Positions 9,047 to 21,933 of a stretch of DNA of 32,435 nt are shown in pieces. Within the stretch, counting starts at the first letter, position 1. Every line of letters starts with the position of its first letter. The position numbers and the translations under genes were made by a program. Below the pieces are notes generated by a model. The model did not search any database. It had not been told where the DNA came from and saw only the letters and a list, made by a program, of their open reading frames with translations. The stretch is taken from sequence record SRR20825006_2868; one strand, 5' to 3'.

Positions 9047-9676
9047 ATGACTAAACTGTTCTCAACTTTGGCTGCAGGTCTGCTGGCTGGCTTTGTTTCC
9101 GCCTCTGCCTGGGCTGTGCCCATGTCCTATGTGGAAGGCACGCACTATTTCCCGACCACAGAAAAAATGGCCACTACCGATGCTGACAAAGTCGTTGTGG
9201 TGGAGATGTTTTCCTATACCTGCCCGCATTGCTTTGCCCTGGAGCCGGAAATTGAAGCGTGGAAGAAAAGCCTTGCTGATGATGTGAAGTTTGTTAAGGT
9301 GCCGGCGATTTTTCGTGACAGCTGGCTGGAACTCGCCCGCGTTTATTATGCGGCCGAAGCGACCGGTGATCTGGAAGCCTTACATCCCAAATTGTTCAAT
9401 GCGATCCACGTTGAAAAGCGTCGTTTGAGCACAGAAGATCAGTTGCTGGATTTTGTCGAAGAGCAAGGCATTGATCGTGAAGCCTTTGCCAAGACCATGA
9501 ATTCTTTCAGTGTCAAAGGCAAGGTCAAAAATGCCCTGATCATGAGCCGTACTTCCGGCATTACCGGTGTGCCTGCTTTTATTGTTGAGGGTAAGTACCG
9601 GACTAACGCCAGCAGCGCTGGTGGCAGCGAGCAATTGTTTGATGTGGTCGATATGCTGATAGAGCAGTCACGTTAA
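9047..9676 (+). CDS. dsbA: Periplasmic thiol:disulfide interchange protein DsbA
   Basis: Signal peptide, EMFSYTCPHC active site, cis-Pro loop GVPAF. SD AAGGA upstream. Confidence 0.93.
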   Translation: MTKLFSTLAAGLLAGFVSASAWAVPMSYVEGTHYFPTTEKMATTDADKVVVVEMFSYTCPHCFALEPEIEAWKKSLADDVKFVKVPAIFRDSWLELARVYYAAEATGDLEALHPKLFNAIHVEKRRLSTEDQLLDFVEEQGIDREAFAKTMNSFSVKGKVKNALIMSRTSGITGVPAFIVEGKYRTNASSAGGSEQLFDVVDMLIEQSR

Positions 9677-9700
9677 TAGTAACCAAGCTTCTAGAAACCC

Positions 9701-9729
9701 AAAAAAGCCCGGTTTAACCGGGCTTTTTT
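9701..9729. terminator. Bidirectional rho-independent terminator between dsbA and mltF
   Basis: AAAAAAGCCCGGtttaaCCGGGCTTTTTT between convergent genes. Confidence 0.9.
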
Positions 9730-11122
9730 ATAGTGCAGCCGGTAAGGGCTCTTCCACCGAAGGCGGAGAGAGAGCCGGTACTGCCGCATCATCATGATGC
9801 AGCAGAATATCCAGATAGCGACGGATATTCTGCACATAGCGAACTGGCTCGCTACCGCGGGCATAACCATATCGGGTCTGGGAGAACCATTTCTGCTTGG
9901 ACAACAGCGGTAAATGTTCGCGAACATCGGTCCACAAATCTGGGTTTTTGCCCTGAACTTCAGTCAATACCCGAGCATCTTCCAGGTGTCCCATGCCGAC
10001 ATTATAGGCAGCCAGGGCAAACCAGATGCGGTCGGGTGGTTGAATGCCGTCAGGCAGTCGTTCGTAGATTGAAGCGAGGTAGCCGGCCCCGGCAAAAATA
10101 CTCTGTTCCGGGTCTTCTCTGTCGGTAACATCCATTTCTTTGGCTGTCGCCCTGGTCAGCATCATCAGACCTTTAACGCCGGTGCTGGAGACCGCTTCGG
10201 GGTTCCAGTGTGATTCCTGATAGGACATCGCAGCCAGCAGATGCCAGTCGAAACCAAACTGTTCGCCGGCCTGCTGAAACATATCTTTATAGCGCGGCAG
10301 GTGTGTCTGAATACGACGGTGAACGGCGCGGGTATCGACATAATCAAAGCGGCGGATATGCCCATAGTATTTCTCAATCAGTTTATCCAGCTCGCCGGAA
10401 GCTTCCATATCATGGAAAAAATCGAGTACCTCCAGATACAGAGTGTCATCTTCAGACAAGGGCATAGCCCAGCCCAGTGGTTGTGGCTCGGAGATATCAA
10501 AGGCGACGCGCAGCTCCGGGAACAGGGTTTGATTGGCCGACATTTCATTGGAATCCACCACGGTATAGTCAATCAGCTCAAGCTGCACCAGTTCCAGCAG
10601 ACCGCTGTTATCCAGCTCCTTGTTTTCCCGCCAGTCCAGCTCCGGAATCTCTTCCTGCAGGGACTGTAACTGCTCGACATGACTGCTGTCGGCAACCACT
10701 TCCAACTGGCCGTCAGTGATATCGGTAATATCTTCGGGCTTACCGGTGCCGTGTTTATAGACCAGTTGCTGAGTGACCTCGTGGTACACCGGGCCGAAGC
10801 GAATATGGTTTTTACGCTGTTCAGTGACGGTAAGCCCGGCAGCGGCAATATCTGCTTTGCCTTCCTCAATCAGTCTGAGTACATTACCCAGATTTTCAGG
10901 CACAATCACTTTCAGTTCGACACCCAGCCGCTGCGCAAAGCGCTGCGCCAGCTCATATTCAAATCCGGCCAGCGTGTCACCTTTGACATAGTAGCTGGTC
11001 AGACTGTATCGGCTCAGAACGCGCAACTCACCACGATCCTGGATTTCCTGAAGATGGGGCTGGGCCTCTTTGCAGGCCGCGGTTAAGCAAACGGCCAGCA
11101 GAAAAATCAGTAGGTGTTTCAA
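9728..11122 (-). CDS. mltF: Membrane-bound lytic murein transglycosylase F
   Basis: N-terminal SBP-like domain (GFEYELA, ADIAAAGLT, FGPVY) plus SLT domain (YQESHWNP, GLMMLT, AYNVG, YGYARGSEP). Start likely TTG 11122 with GAGG SD; the ORF extends to 11149. Confidence 0.93.
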   Translation of the reverse strand: MKHLLIFLLAVCLTAACKEAQPHLQEIQDRGELRVLSRYSLTSYYVKGDTLAGFEYELAQRFAQRLGVELKVIVPENLGNVLRLIEEGKADIAAAGLTVTEQRKNHIRFGPVYHEVTQQLVYKHGTGKPEDITDITDGQLEVVADSSHVEQLQSLQEEIPELDWRENKELDNSGLLELVQLELIDYTVVDSNEMSANQTLFPELRVAFDISEPQPLGWAMPLSEDDTLYLEVLDFFHDMEASGELDKLIEKYYGHIRRFDYVDTRAVHRRIQTHLPRYKDMFQQAGEQFGFDWHLLAAMSYQESHWNPEAVSSTGVKGLMMLTRATAKEMDVTDREDPEQSIFAGAGYLASIYERLPDGIQPPDRIWFALAAYNVGMGHLEDARVLTEVQGKNPDLWTDVREHLPLLSKQKWFSQTRYGYARGSEPVRYVQNIRRYLDILLHHDDAAVPALSPPSVEEPLPAAL

Positions 11123-11219
11123 GAAACATCCTCTTAATACAAACGTCATAATTATCGCTTGTTATCGACTCTATTGCACCTGACATAGTTTTTGCTCAGG
11201 TGAAATATCCCTGTTTTTA

Positions 11220-11247
11220 TTGGCAAAATTGATAAAACCATTATAAT
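11220..11247 (+). promoter_or_regulatory. Putative sigma70 promoter for trhP
   Basis: TTGGCA-16 bp-TATAAT, 30 bp upstream of ATG 11278. Confidence 0.55.
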
Positions 11248-11277
11248 TCACGCTTTTTTTATGTGGATTTATTCCCA

Positions 11278-14328
<3,051 letters not shown>

Positions 14329-14404
14329 TTCAGACTCATTGACTAAGCGGAAATCGAGCAGGAATGATAGCATAGGCGCAACCTTGAGTACTGAACACGC
14401 CCAG

Positions 14405-15319
14405 ATGAAAATTTTCCAGAAACAGTTCCTGCACCCACGCTACTGGTCTAGTTGGCTGGGGCTGACCCTGATGCGACTATCGGTCTATTTACCCGGCAGA
14501 CTGCAAGTTATGATTGGTCTGGGGCTGGGGCTGATGATGCGTCCTTTTATGGGCTCAAGAGCCAAAATTGCCCGCCGCAATATCGAATTAAGCTTCCCTG
14601 AACTCAGCAAAGCGGAACAGGAAAAACTGGTCAAGCGCAGCCTGACCAGCATGGGCATGATGATGATTGAGACTGCGATGAGTTGGTGGGCCAGCGACAA
14701 GCGATTGCTGAATCGGGTCCGTTATCAGGGGTTGGAACATCTGGAGCAGGCCAAAGCGGAAGGCAAGGGCGTGATTCTGCTTACCGGCCATTTCACCAGT
14801 ATGGAGCTGGGCGGCCGTTTGATCATGCTGAAAACACCGGCTTATGTCATGTTCCGCCAGTTAAAAAATCCGCTGTTCAATGCCGTGATGATGCGCTCCC
14901 GGACATTTCACAGTGAAGGCATTGTATTACGTGATGACCCGCGCTCGATGCTGCGCGCTTTAAAGAAAAACAAAGTGGTCTGGTATGCACCGGACCAGGA
15001 TTTTGGCAGACGTACGGCCGTGTTTGCTAGGTTCTTTGGGGTGCAGGCAGCGACGATTGTGGCGACAGCAAGAATGGTCAAGATGACCGGTGCCAGAATT
15101 GTGCCCTTCGTGCCTCGCCGCGAAAAAGACGGCAGCTATACCATCACTATCGGCAAGCCCTGGGAGGATTATCCCACCGGTGATGACCTGGTCGATGCTC
15201 AGCGCATTAATGACTGGCTGGAACAGGAAATACGGCGTTCACCGGAGCAGTATCTGTGGGTTCACCGTCGCTTCAAGACCCAACCTGAAGGCAAAGGCCT
15301 GCTGTACAAAAATTCTTAA
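14405..15319 (+). CDS. lpxL: Lipid A late acyltransferase, LpxL/HtrB family
   Basis: FLHPRYW N-terminus, catalytic HFTSME (HX4D/E), WYAPDQDFG, PEQYLWVHRRFKTQP. Confidence 0.92.
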   Translation: MKIFQKQFLHPRYWSSWLGLTLMRLSVYLPGRLQVMIGLGLGLMMRPFMGSRAKIARRNIELSFPELSKAEQEKLVKRSLTSMGMMMIETAMSWWASDKRLLNRVRYQGLEHLEQAKAEGKGVILLTGHFTSMELGGRLIMLKTPAYVMFRQLKNPLFNAVMMRSRTFHSEGIVLRDDPRSMLRALKKNKVVWYAPDQDFGRRTAVFARFFGVQAATIVATARMVKMTGARIVPFVPRREKDGSYTITIGKPWEDYPTGDDLVDAQRINDWLEQEIRRSPEQYLWVHRRFKTQPEGKGLLYKNS

Positions 15320-15814
15320 TCAGAATCCAGTGCTATAGGTGAGGATTATTGATTCAGAGCCCGGGTTGTGATCACCGATATAGGCATTTGACATATGGTG
15401 AATGCCCAAGGCAAGGCGGCTACGTTCACTTAATTGATAGCCCAGGTCAAGGCCGGTACGAAACTCCATATCATGACCAAGATCGAGACCACCCCCTTCC
15501 TCATAAGCGGCGATAGCCAGATGCGGCGTTAGTGTCCACTTTGGATTCAGTTGCCAGTCATAGCGGACACCCACATAACCCCAGTAGTTGCCGTCTGCGG
15601 TCATCGCCAAGCCGAGAGCAGGAATAAGGTTCAACAGTGAGGGCTGCGCTGCAAAGCGATACTCGATACCGACTTCGGTGGCTCTGTTACCGTTATTCTC
15701 AAAGGCTTCAAAGGCACCGGCATAAACAGCGATGGTGGGTTGCGGGTCCGCCATGCTGAGCTGGGGAAAGAGTGAAGCAGCTAAGAGGGCAGTGAGTAGC
15801 GTTTTTTTCATCAT
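15320..15814 (-). CDS. pagL: PagL-family outer-membrane acyloxyacyl hydrolase (lipid A 3-O-deacylase-like)
   Basis: Signal peptide, small amphipathic beta-barrel pattern, DLG...EFR, catalytic H-x-S-N motif (HMSNA) then NPG, terminal Phe. Confidence 0.72.
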   Translation of the reverse strand: MMKKTLLTALLAASLFPQLSMADPQPTIAVYAGAFEAFENNGNRATEVGIEYRFAAQPSLLNLIPALGLAMTADGNYWGYVGVRYDWQLNPKWTLTPHLAIAAYEEGGGLDLGHDMEFRTGLDLGYQLSERSRLALGIHHMSNAYIGDHNPGSESIILTYSTGF

Positions 15815-15878
15815 GCGCTTCCTTGTAACAATGTTTTAAAAGTTTATAGCATGAGTGAAAAAATACTGACAAGTGACT

Positions 15879-15910
15879 AAAAAAAAGGCCATCCCGCGGG
15901 ATGGCCTTTT
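15879..15910 (-). terminator. Rho-independent terminator of rplM-rpsI
   Basis: AAAAAAAAGGCCATCCCgcGGGATGGCCTTTT, giving a long U-tract on the minus strand. Confidence 0.92.
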
Positions 15911-15936
15911 CTGTCTGTAAAGACGCGTCCGAACAA

Positions 15937-16326
15937 TTAACGTTTGGAGAATTGTGGACGTTTACGAGCTTTATGCAAGCCGATTTTCTTACGTTCAACG
16001 GCACGGGCATCACGGGTGATGTAGCCGGCTTTACGCAGTTCGGTTTTCAATTCGTTGTCGTATTCAACCAGCGCACGGCTGATACCGTGGCGGATGGCAC
16101 CGGCCTGACCGTTGTTACCACCACCGCGAACGGTGATTTTGAGGTCAAACTTGTCGAGCATGTCGACCAGTTCCAGAGGCTGGCGAACGACCATGCGTGA
16201 AGTTTCACGACCGAAGTAGTCTTCCAGTGTGCGAGTGTTGATCGAAATGTTACCGCTGCCTGGTTTCAGGAATACACGAGCGGTAGAACTTTTACGACGA
16301 CCTGTTGCGTAGTGTGAATCTGCCAT
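15937..16326 (-). CDS. rpsI: 30S ribosomal protein S9
   Basis: [44 protein letters not shown]. Confidence 0.99.
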   Translation of the reverse strand: MADSHYATGRRKSSTARVFLKPGSGNISINTRTLEDYFGRETSRMVVRQPLELVDMLDKFDLKITVRGGGNNGQAGAIRHGISRALVEYDNELKTELRKAGYITRDARAVERKKIGLHKARKRPQFSKR

Positions 16327-16338
16327 GTTGATATCCGT

Positions 16339-16767
16339 TTAGATTTCCAGCGCTTTAGGCTGTTGTGCTGTGTGAGGGTGTTCTGTGCCAGCGTAAACTT
16401 TCAGCTTGCTGAACATGGCCCGACCCAGTGGGTTTTTGGGCAGCATGCCTTTTACAGCAGTCTGGATAACGCGTTCTGGCGCTTTGTCCAGTTGCTTTTC
16501 CAGAGAGATAGATTTGATACCACCGATGTGACCTGTGTGGTGGTGGTAAATCTTATCTTTCATTTTATTACCGGTTACACGAAGTTTCTCGGCATTGATG
16601 ACAACAATGTAATCACCAGTATCAACGTGAGGCGTGTAAATCGCTTTATGTTTACCACGCAGACGACGGGCGATCTCTGTTGCCATACGGCCTAAGGTCT
16701 TGCCGTCAGCATCGATAACGAACCAGTCACGACGAACTTCTGCTGGTTTTGCACTAATGGTTTTCAT
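16339..16767 (-). CDS. rplM: 50S ribosomal protein L13
   Basis: [41 protein letters not shown]. Confidence 0.99.
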   Translation of the reverse strand: MKTISAKPAEVRRDWFVIDADGKTLGRMATEIARRLRGKHKAIYTPHVDTGDYIVVINAEKLRVTGNKMKDKIYHHHTGHIGGIKSISLEKQLDKAPERVIQTAVKGMLPKNPLGRAMFSKLKVYAGTEHPHTAQQPKALEI

Positions 16768-16817
16768 CCGCGAATTGCTCCTGATAATTACGCAAGCGGT
16801 CCAAATAAAGAGGGAGA

Positions 16818-16846
16818 ATATTACGCATTCATAGTCTGACTGTCAA
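16818..16846 (-). promoter_or_regulatory. Sigma70 promoter of rplM-rpsI
   Basis: Minus strand reads TTGACA-17 bp-TAATAT, ~50 bp upstream of the rplM ATG. Confidence 0.8.
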
Positions 16847-16852
16847 CAGCTT

Positions 16853-17650
16853 TTACAGAAACAGCCAGAGTAAAAAAGCGCCTAGTATCAGGCGGTAAAT
16901 GACGAATGGCCACATGCCGATACGGTCGAGCATTTTCAAAAACAGAAAAATGCAGAGATAAGCGCTGACAGCCGAAAACACAGCACCTGATAACAGTGCT
17001 GTCCAATCGACAGGAAGCGATGATTGTACGAGTTCTGTCACCTCAAGTCCACCGGCCAGAATGATGACCGGGATGGACAACAGAAATGAGAAGCGGGCGG
17101 CCGCCTGGCGGGTCAGTCCCAGCATCAGCCCGGCGGTGATGGTAATACCGGAACGTGATGTGCCGGGAATCAGCGCAACCGCCTGTGCGACACCGATGAA
17201 GAGAATATCTGACCAGTTAAGCTGATGTTCAGTACGGATTCTTTTGCCACGCCAGTCAGCCCAGCCCAGTAACAGGCCGAATACAATCGTTGTCGTGGCA
17301 ATGACCAGCGGACTGCGCAGGCTGTTAGCGATAATGTCGGCAAACAACAGGCCGGCCAGTCCTACCGGCACGGTACCGAAAGCGACCGCCCATGCAAGAC
17401 GACTGTCACCCACGGTTTTTTTCTGTTTCAGTGACGCAATCCAGTCAAGCAGAATTGTCCTGATACTGTGCCGGAAATAAAGCAGTACGGCAGTCAGGGT
17501 GCCTACATGCACGGCGACATCAAAAGCCAGCCCCTGATCCTGCCAGTCCGCAATGATGGGGACGAGAATAAGGTGAGCTGAACTGGAAATGGGCAAAAAT
17601 TCTGTCAGGCCCTGTAACAGGGCGAGTAGGGCAATCTTATAAAAAGCCAT
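16853..17650 (-). CDS. uppP: Undecaprenyl-diphosphate phosphatase (BacA)
   Basis: QGLTEFLPISSSAHL, LIPGTSRSGIT, AARFSFLLSIP; multi-pass membrane protein. Confidence 0.97.
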   Translation of the reverse strand: MAFYKIALLALLQGLTEFLPISSSAHLILVPIIADWQDQGLAFDVAVHVGTLTAVLLYFRHSIRTILLDWIASLKQKKTVGDSRLAWAVAFGTVPVGLAGLLFADIIANSLRSPLVIATTTIVFGLLLGWADWRGKRIRTEHQLNWSDILFIGVAQAVALIPGTSRSGITITAGLMLGLTRQAAARFSFLLSIPVIILAGGLEVTELVQSSLPVDWTALLSGAVFSAVSAYLCIFLFLKMLDRIGMWPFVIYRLILGAFLLWLFL

Positions 17651-17762
17651 TTTGTAATCCCGGCTGGAAATGAGTTCGCTGAGGCTAATAAACCGCTACA
17701 TAGTAACGCATTGCGACGTGATAGAATTGATGAGTTAACAAGAAACGTGACAGAGACCAAAA

Positions 17763-19478
17763 ATGCCTGAGTTAGCAAATCACAGCACCCTTATCGACCA
17801 ATTTAAGAACGTGGTTGGCGCCAGCTACACGCTGACAGACCCGGCCAAAGTGGCACCCTACTGCAAAGGTTTTCGCTTCGGTGAGGGTAAAGCGCTCGCC
17901 GTTGTAAGGCCCGGGACACTGCTACAGGTGTGGCAATTACTTAAAGCCTGTGTGGCTGCAGATGTTGTCGTGATTATGCAGGCCGCCAATACCGGCTTGA
18001 CCGGTGGTTCCACGCCTAACGGTGAGGATTATGATCGTCCGGTAGTCATTATCAATACTATGCGCATCGACGAGATTCAGCTGATCGATAATGCGCGTCA
18101 GATCATCGGTCTGGCAGGCAGTACCCTGTTCGGACTGGAAGAGACACTGGCCCCATACGGCCGTGAGCCGCATTCAGTCATCGGGTCTTCCTGTATAGGC
18201 GCTTCCATTGTCGGTGGTATCTGCAACAACTCAGGCGGGGCACTGGTGCAGCGCGGGCCGGCTTATACCGAACTCTCGTTGTTTGCCCAGATCAATGCGG
18301 ATGGTGAACTGGAACTGGTCAATCATTTGGGAATCGAGCTCGGATCTACACCGGAACAGATTCTGAGCAATCTCGATAAGCAGAATTACAGTGACAAAGA
18401 TATCCAGTTTCCGGATAAACGCGCTTCAGATGATGAGTATCACGAGCGTGTCAGACAGGTAGATGAGGATACACCGGCCCGTTTCAATAATGATGGCCGC
18501 CGATTGCACGAAGCCTCCGGTTGTGCCGGCAAGCTGGCGGTGTTCGCCGTGCGAATGGATACCTATCCGATCGCAAAGAAAGAACAGGTGTTTTATATCG
18601 GCACCAATGACCCCGGCGTGCTGGCAACCATGCGCCGGGATATTCTCTCCGGTTTTAAAAACCTGCCGGTATCGGGCGAATACCTGGGCCGTGATTATTA
18701 CGATGTCTGTAAGAAATATGGCAAGGACACTTTCCTGGTCATCGACAAACTGGGCTCAAAATATATTCCCAAACTGTTTGCGATGAAACGCAGCGTTGAT
18801 CGCATCGCTGCCAGGTTCAATTTCCTGCCGAGCAAGCTGTCGGACATCATGATGCAGTATATGAGCTATCTGTGGCCGAACCATCTGCCTAAACGCATGG
18901 ACGAGTACCGTGATCGCTTTGCCCATCACTGGATTCTGGAAATGAACAATGATGGCGTTGAAGAAGCCCGGGCCTATCTGACCGAGTTCTTTAAAAATAA
19001 CGATGGTGACTTCTTTGAATGCACCAGACGGGAAGGCGAAAAAGCGATTCTGAATCGTTTCGTCGCTGGTGGCGCAGTGGGCCGCTATCACATCATGAAG
19101 CGCAAACAATTCGGGCCGATGATGACTATCGATGTCGCCCTGCGCCGCAATGAAGCGCAATGGCTGGAAGTCCTACCGCCGGAAATCGAGGACAAGATCG
19201 AAGCCAAACTTTATCTGGGTCACTTGTTCTGCCACGTCATGCATCAGAACTACATTCTGAAAAAAGGCGTCGATGCCAAGGCATTGAAACAACAGTTGCT
19301 GGCCTTTTTTGATGCGCGTGGTGCCGAGTATCCGGCTGAGCACAATGTCGGTCAGGAATATTTTGCCAAGGATGCGTTGAAGGGGTTTTACCGGAAGCTG
19401 GACCCGACCAATTCCTTTAACCCGGGCATTGGTAAAACCAGCAAATTGAAATACTGGGGCGAAGCCCACAAGCGCTGA
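17763..19478 (+). CDS. dld: Membrane-associated FAD-dependent D-lactate dehydrogenase (E. coli Dld type)
   Basis: QAANTGLTGGSTP, REPHSVIGSSCIGAS, NNSGG, SGCAGK, GHLFCHVMHQ, GAEYPAEHNVG, DPTNSFNPGIGKTSK. Confidence 0.93.
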   Translation: MPELANHSTLIDQFKNVVGASYTLTDPAKVAPYCKGFRFGEGKALAVVRPGTLLQVWQLLKACVAADVVVIMQAANTGLTGGSTPNGEDYDRPVVIINTMRIDEIQLIDNARQIIGLAGSTLFGLEETLAPYGREPHSVIGSSCIGASIVGGICNNSGGALVQRGPAYTELSLFAQINADGELELVNHLGIELGSTPEQILSNLDKQNYSDKDIQFPDKRASDDEYHERVRQVDEDTPARFNNDGRRLHEASGCAGKLAVFAVRMDTYPIAKKEQVFYIGTNDPGVLATMRRDILSGFKNLPVSGEYLGRDYYDVCKKYGKDTFLVIDKLGSKYIPKLFAMKRSVDRIAARFNFLPSKLSDIMMQYMSYLWPNHLPKRMDEYRDRFAHHWILEMNNDGVEEARAYLTEFFKNNDGDFFECTRREGEKAILNRFVAGGAVGRYHIMKRKQFGPMMTIDVALRRNEAQWLEVLPPEIEDKIEAKLYLGHLFCHVMHQNYILKKGVDAKALKQQLLAFFDARGAEYPAEHNVGQEYFAKDALKGFYRKLDPTNSFNPGIGKTSKLKYWGEAHKR

Positions 19479-19489
19479 AGATCAGGCAT

Positions 19490-19529
19490 AAAAAAAGCCC
19501 GTACCCTTCGCAGGATACGGGCTTTTTTT
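19490..19529. terminator. Bidirectional rho-independent terminator between dld and serA
   Basis: A7-GCCCGTAcCCT-tcgc-AGGaTACGGGC-T7 between convergent genes. Confidence 0.9.
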
Positions 19530-19535
19530 GTTTTT

Positions 19536-20765
19536 TTAGTAAAGCACCCGCAGGCGAATCGTGCCTTCCACACTTTGCAGGTGTTCAAACGCCAGTGTGG
19601 AATCAAACTCCGCGACATCAATCAGCAGGTAACCGATTTCATCCTTGGTGGTCATGCTCTGTGCCAGGATGTTGATATCATGTTCGGCGAACAGTCTGTT
19701 GACGCTGGACAGGACGCCTGGCTGATTGTGGTGAATATGCAGCAGGCGATGGGTATTCGGCCGCGGTGCCAGTGCAATTTCAGGGAAGTTAACCGACGAC
19801 ACGGTGGTACCGTTCTGGGCGAACTGGATAAACTTATCCGCCACCTCCAGACCGATATTGGCCTGTGCTTCCACCGTTGAACCACCGATATGCGGCGTCA
19901 GAATGACGTTGGAGAAACCACGCAGACGCGATTCCAGCGGCTCGTCATTGGATTTAGGTTCGGTCGGGAACACGTCAATGGCCGCACCGGCCAGTCGTTT
20001 TTCTTCCAGTGCCTGCACCATGTCATCAATCACGACACAAGTGCCGCGGGCGGCATTGATGAAGATCGCGCCCGACTTCATTTTGTCGAACTCGGCCTTG
20101 GTCATCATGTTCTTGGTCGATTCCAGTTCGGGGACATGCAGCGTCACGACGTCTGACAGACGCAGCAGTTCATCCATGCTGTCGACCTGTGTCGCATTAC
20201 CCAGCGGCAGTTTGGTGACGACATCATAATAGATGACATTCATACCCAGGCTTTCAGCCAGTACGGATAACTGGGAACCGATACTGCCGTAACCGACAAT
20301 CCCGAGTGTCTTGCCACGGGCTTCATAGGATTTATCAGCAGATTTAGGCCAGGTACCGTTATGCACACTCCAGTTTTTCTCCGGGATGCCACGCAGCAGG
20401 AGAATTAATTGACCGATGACCATTTCCGCGACGGAACGGGTGTTGGAGTAGGGGGCATTGAAGACCGGGATGCCCTTCATCTTCGCGGCTTCCAGATCGA
20501 CCTGGTTAGTACCGATACAGAAGCAACCGATGGCGGTCAGGCGATCCGCGGCGTCCAGCACTTTTTTGGTCAGCTGGGTCCTTGAACGAATGCCGACAAA
20601 GCGCGCCCCTTTGATTTTTTCCATCAGCGAGGCTTCATCGAGGGCATGTGAAACGTATTCGATATTGGTGAAACCCGCTTTTTCTAATGACTCGACGGCA
20701 TTTTTGTGCACGCCTTCCAGCAACAGGAATCGCGTGTCAGCCTTTTTATTTGGTTGTAGTTCCAT
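19536..20765 (-). CDS. serA: D-3-phosphoglycerate dehydrogenase with C-terminal ACT domain (E. coli type)
   Basis: LLLEGVH, GIRSRTQLT, GCFCIGTNQVDL, NAPYSNTRSVAE, GIVGYGSIG, LTPHIGGST, ACT HIHHNQPGVL. Start ATG 20765. Confidence 0.95.
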   Translation of the reverse strand: MELQPNKKADTRFLLLEGVHKNAVESLEKAGFTNIEYVSHALDEASLMEKIKGARFVGIRSRTQLTKKVLDAADRLTAIGCFCIGTNQVDLEAAKMKGIPVFNAPYSNTRSVAEMVIGQLILLLRGIPEKNWSVHNGTWPKSADKSYEARGKTLGIVGYGSIGSQLSVLAESLGMNVIYYDVVTKLPLGNATQVDSMDELLRLSDVVTLHVPELESTKNMMTKAEFDKMKSGAIFINAARGTCVVIDDMVQALEEKRLAGAAIDVFPTEPKSNDEPLESRLRGFSNVILTPHIGGSTVEAQANIGLEVADKFIQFAQNGTTVSSVNFPEIALAPRPNTHRLLHIHHNQPGVLSSVNRLFAEHDINILAQSMTTKDEIGYLLIDVAEFDSTLAFEHLQSVEGTIRLRVLY

Positions 20766-20842
20766 AGCGAAGTGTCTAAGTTCCGATAAATGGGCGAAAT
20801 AACCGCGCAACTCTAACATAATCAAGCAGTTTTAGATACTGC

Positions 20843-20873
20843 AAAATCAGCCTGCTGCAGTTCTCTGCGGCTG
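20843..20873 (-). terminator. Possible terminator after the HopJ-like gene
   Basis: Minus strand reads CAGCC-GCAG-agaa-CTGC-agca-GGCTG-ATTTT: an interrupted stem with a short U-tract. Confidence 0.35.
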
Positions 20874-20906
20874 TCTGGGCCAGTGTTGGCTGTTACAAAA
20901 AAATGA

Positions 20907-21251
20907 TTATTTCGGCATCAGTGCCGTGCCATGGAAAGAGACTTCATCCCAGCCTGTCTGCATGAAATTGCGGATGTTCTGATGCTCATCTCCATTTGGG
21001 TTGCCCAGCACATCCTCACGATAAAATTGACCGAAACAGGCCAGGGTCTGATCAACGCTCAGTCCGTTCAGTTGCCCGAAAGCCAGGATCTTGCAGGAGC
21101 CGTTATTCTGGCCGGCTTCGTTGAGCGTTTCGCCATTTCGAAAAGGGGTCGGGGTGAAGTGATAGTTAGCGTCAATAACCGCCATGCTGTCATCAAACTG
21201 GATAGATTCCGGTTCGTTGTTGAGTCGGTCCAGAAAGGCCTGTAATTGCAT
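20907..21251 (-). CDS. HopJ-family small conserved protein
   Basis: F.D.MAVIDANYHFTPTPF.NG, NEAGQNNGSCKILAF, FGQFYREDVL..P.G..HQNIRNFMQTGW. GGAG SD before ATG 21251. Confidence 0.85.
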   Translation of the reverse strand: MQLQAFLDRLNNEPESIQFDDSMAVIDANYHFTPTPFRNGETLNEAGQNNGSCKILAFGQLNGLSVDQTLACFGQFYREDVLGNPNGDEHQNIRNFMQTGWDEVSFHGTALMPK

Positions 21252-21267
21252 CTTGTCTCCTGCAGAT

Positions 21268-21933
21268 TTAATCGTAAAAACGGGTAAAGGTGTCGTGATA
21301 TTCGCGTGTGGTTCGGTACTGATTAACAGCCGCTGCGCTGTCTTCGTAACCGAGCGCCATGCCACACAAAAGCGTGGCTTCATCAGGGATATCAAGAAAG
21401 GTTTTCACCAGAGGTGAATATTCAGCCAGCGCAGCCTGGGGACAGGTGGCGAGGCCGGCTTCCACAGCGGCTATCATAAAGGACTGCAGGAACATGCCAA
21501 AATCGATGAAAGACCCCGCCTGCATCACATCGTCCATCCAGAACAACAGCATGACCGGCGCATCAAAAGCACGATAGTTGGCTGACCATTGTGCCCTTTG
21601 AGCGGCTTTATCCTTCCTGTCGATACCGAGGCTCTGATAAAGCTGCAGACCGCAGGCGCGACGGCGGCTGAGGTAGGGCTCCCGCCATTCCAGCGGATAG
21701 TATTCATAGTCTGGTGTCGGTTTATTACCGGCCTCAAAAGTCTCACTGATTTGCTGGCATAGCTGTTGTTTACTGTTGCCGGTCAGCACCGCTACTTGCC
21801 ATGGCTGAGTATTGGCGCCGGAGGGGGCGTGGCTGGCAATGTCCAGCAAAAAGCGGATTTGGCTTTTATCCACTGGAACCGGCAGAAAACGGCGCACGGA
21901 ATGGCGCTGTCTGATAGCGTCACTGGCTTTCAT
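21268..21933 (-). CDS. Nitroreductase-family FMN oxidoreductase
   Basis: AIRQRHSVRRF, APSGANTQPW, FDAPV, D.GMFLQSFM.AA...GLATCPQ, GMALGY. Confidence 0.9.
   Translation of the reverse strand: MKASDAIRQRHSVRRFLPVPVDKSQIRFLLDIASHAPSGANTQPWQVAVLTGNSKQQLCQQISETFEAGNKPTPDYEYYPLEWREPYLSRRRACGLQLYQSLGIDRKDKAAQRAQWSANYRAFDAPVMLLFWMDDVMQAGSFIDFGMFLQSFMIAAVEAGLATCPQAALAEYSPLVKTFLDIPDEATLLCGMALGYEDSAAAVNQYRTTREYHDTFTRFYD

Noticed and set aside
20907-21251. HopJ homolog as evidence of a type III secretion effector
   Set aside because: No T3SS genes in the window and no N-terminal secretion-signal extension; the family is widespread in non-pathogens.
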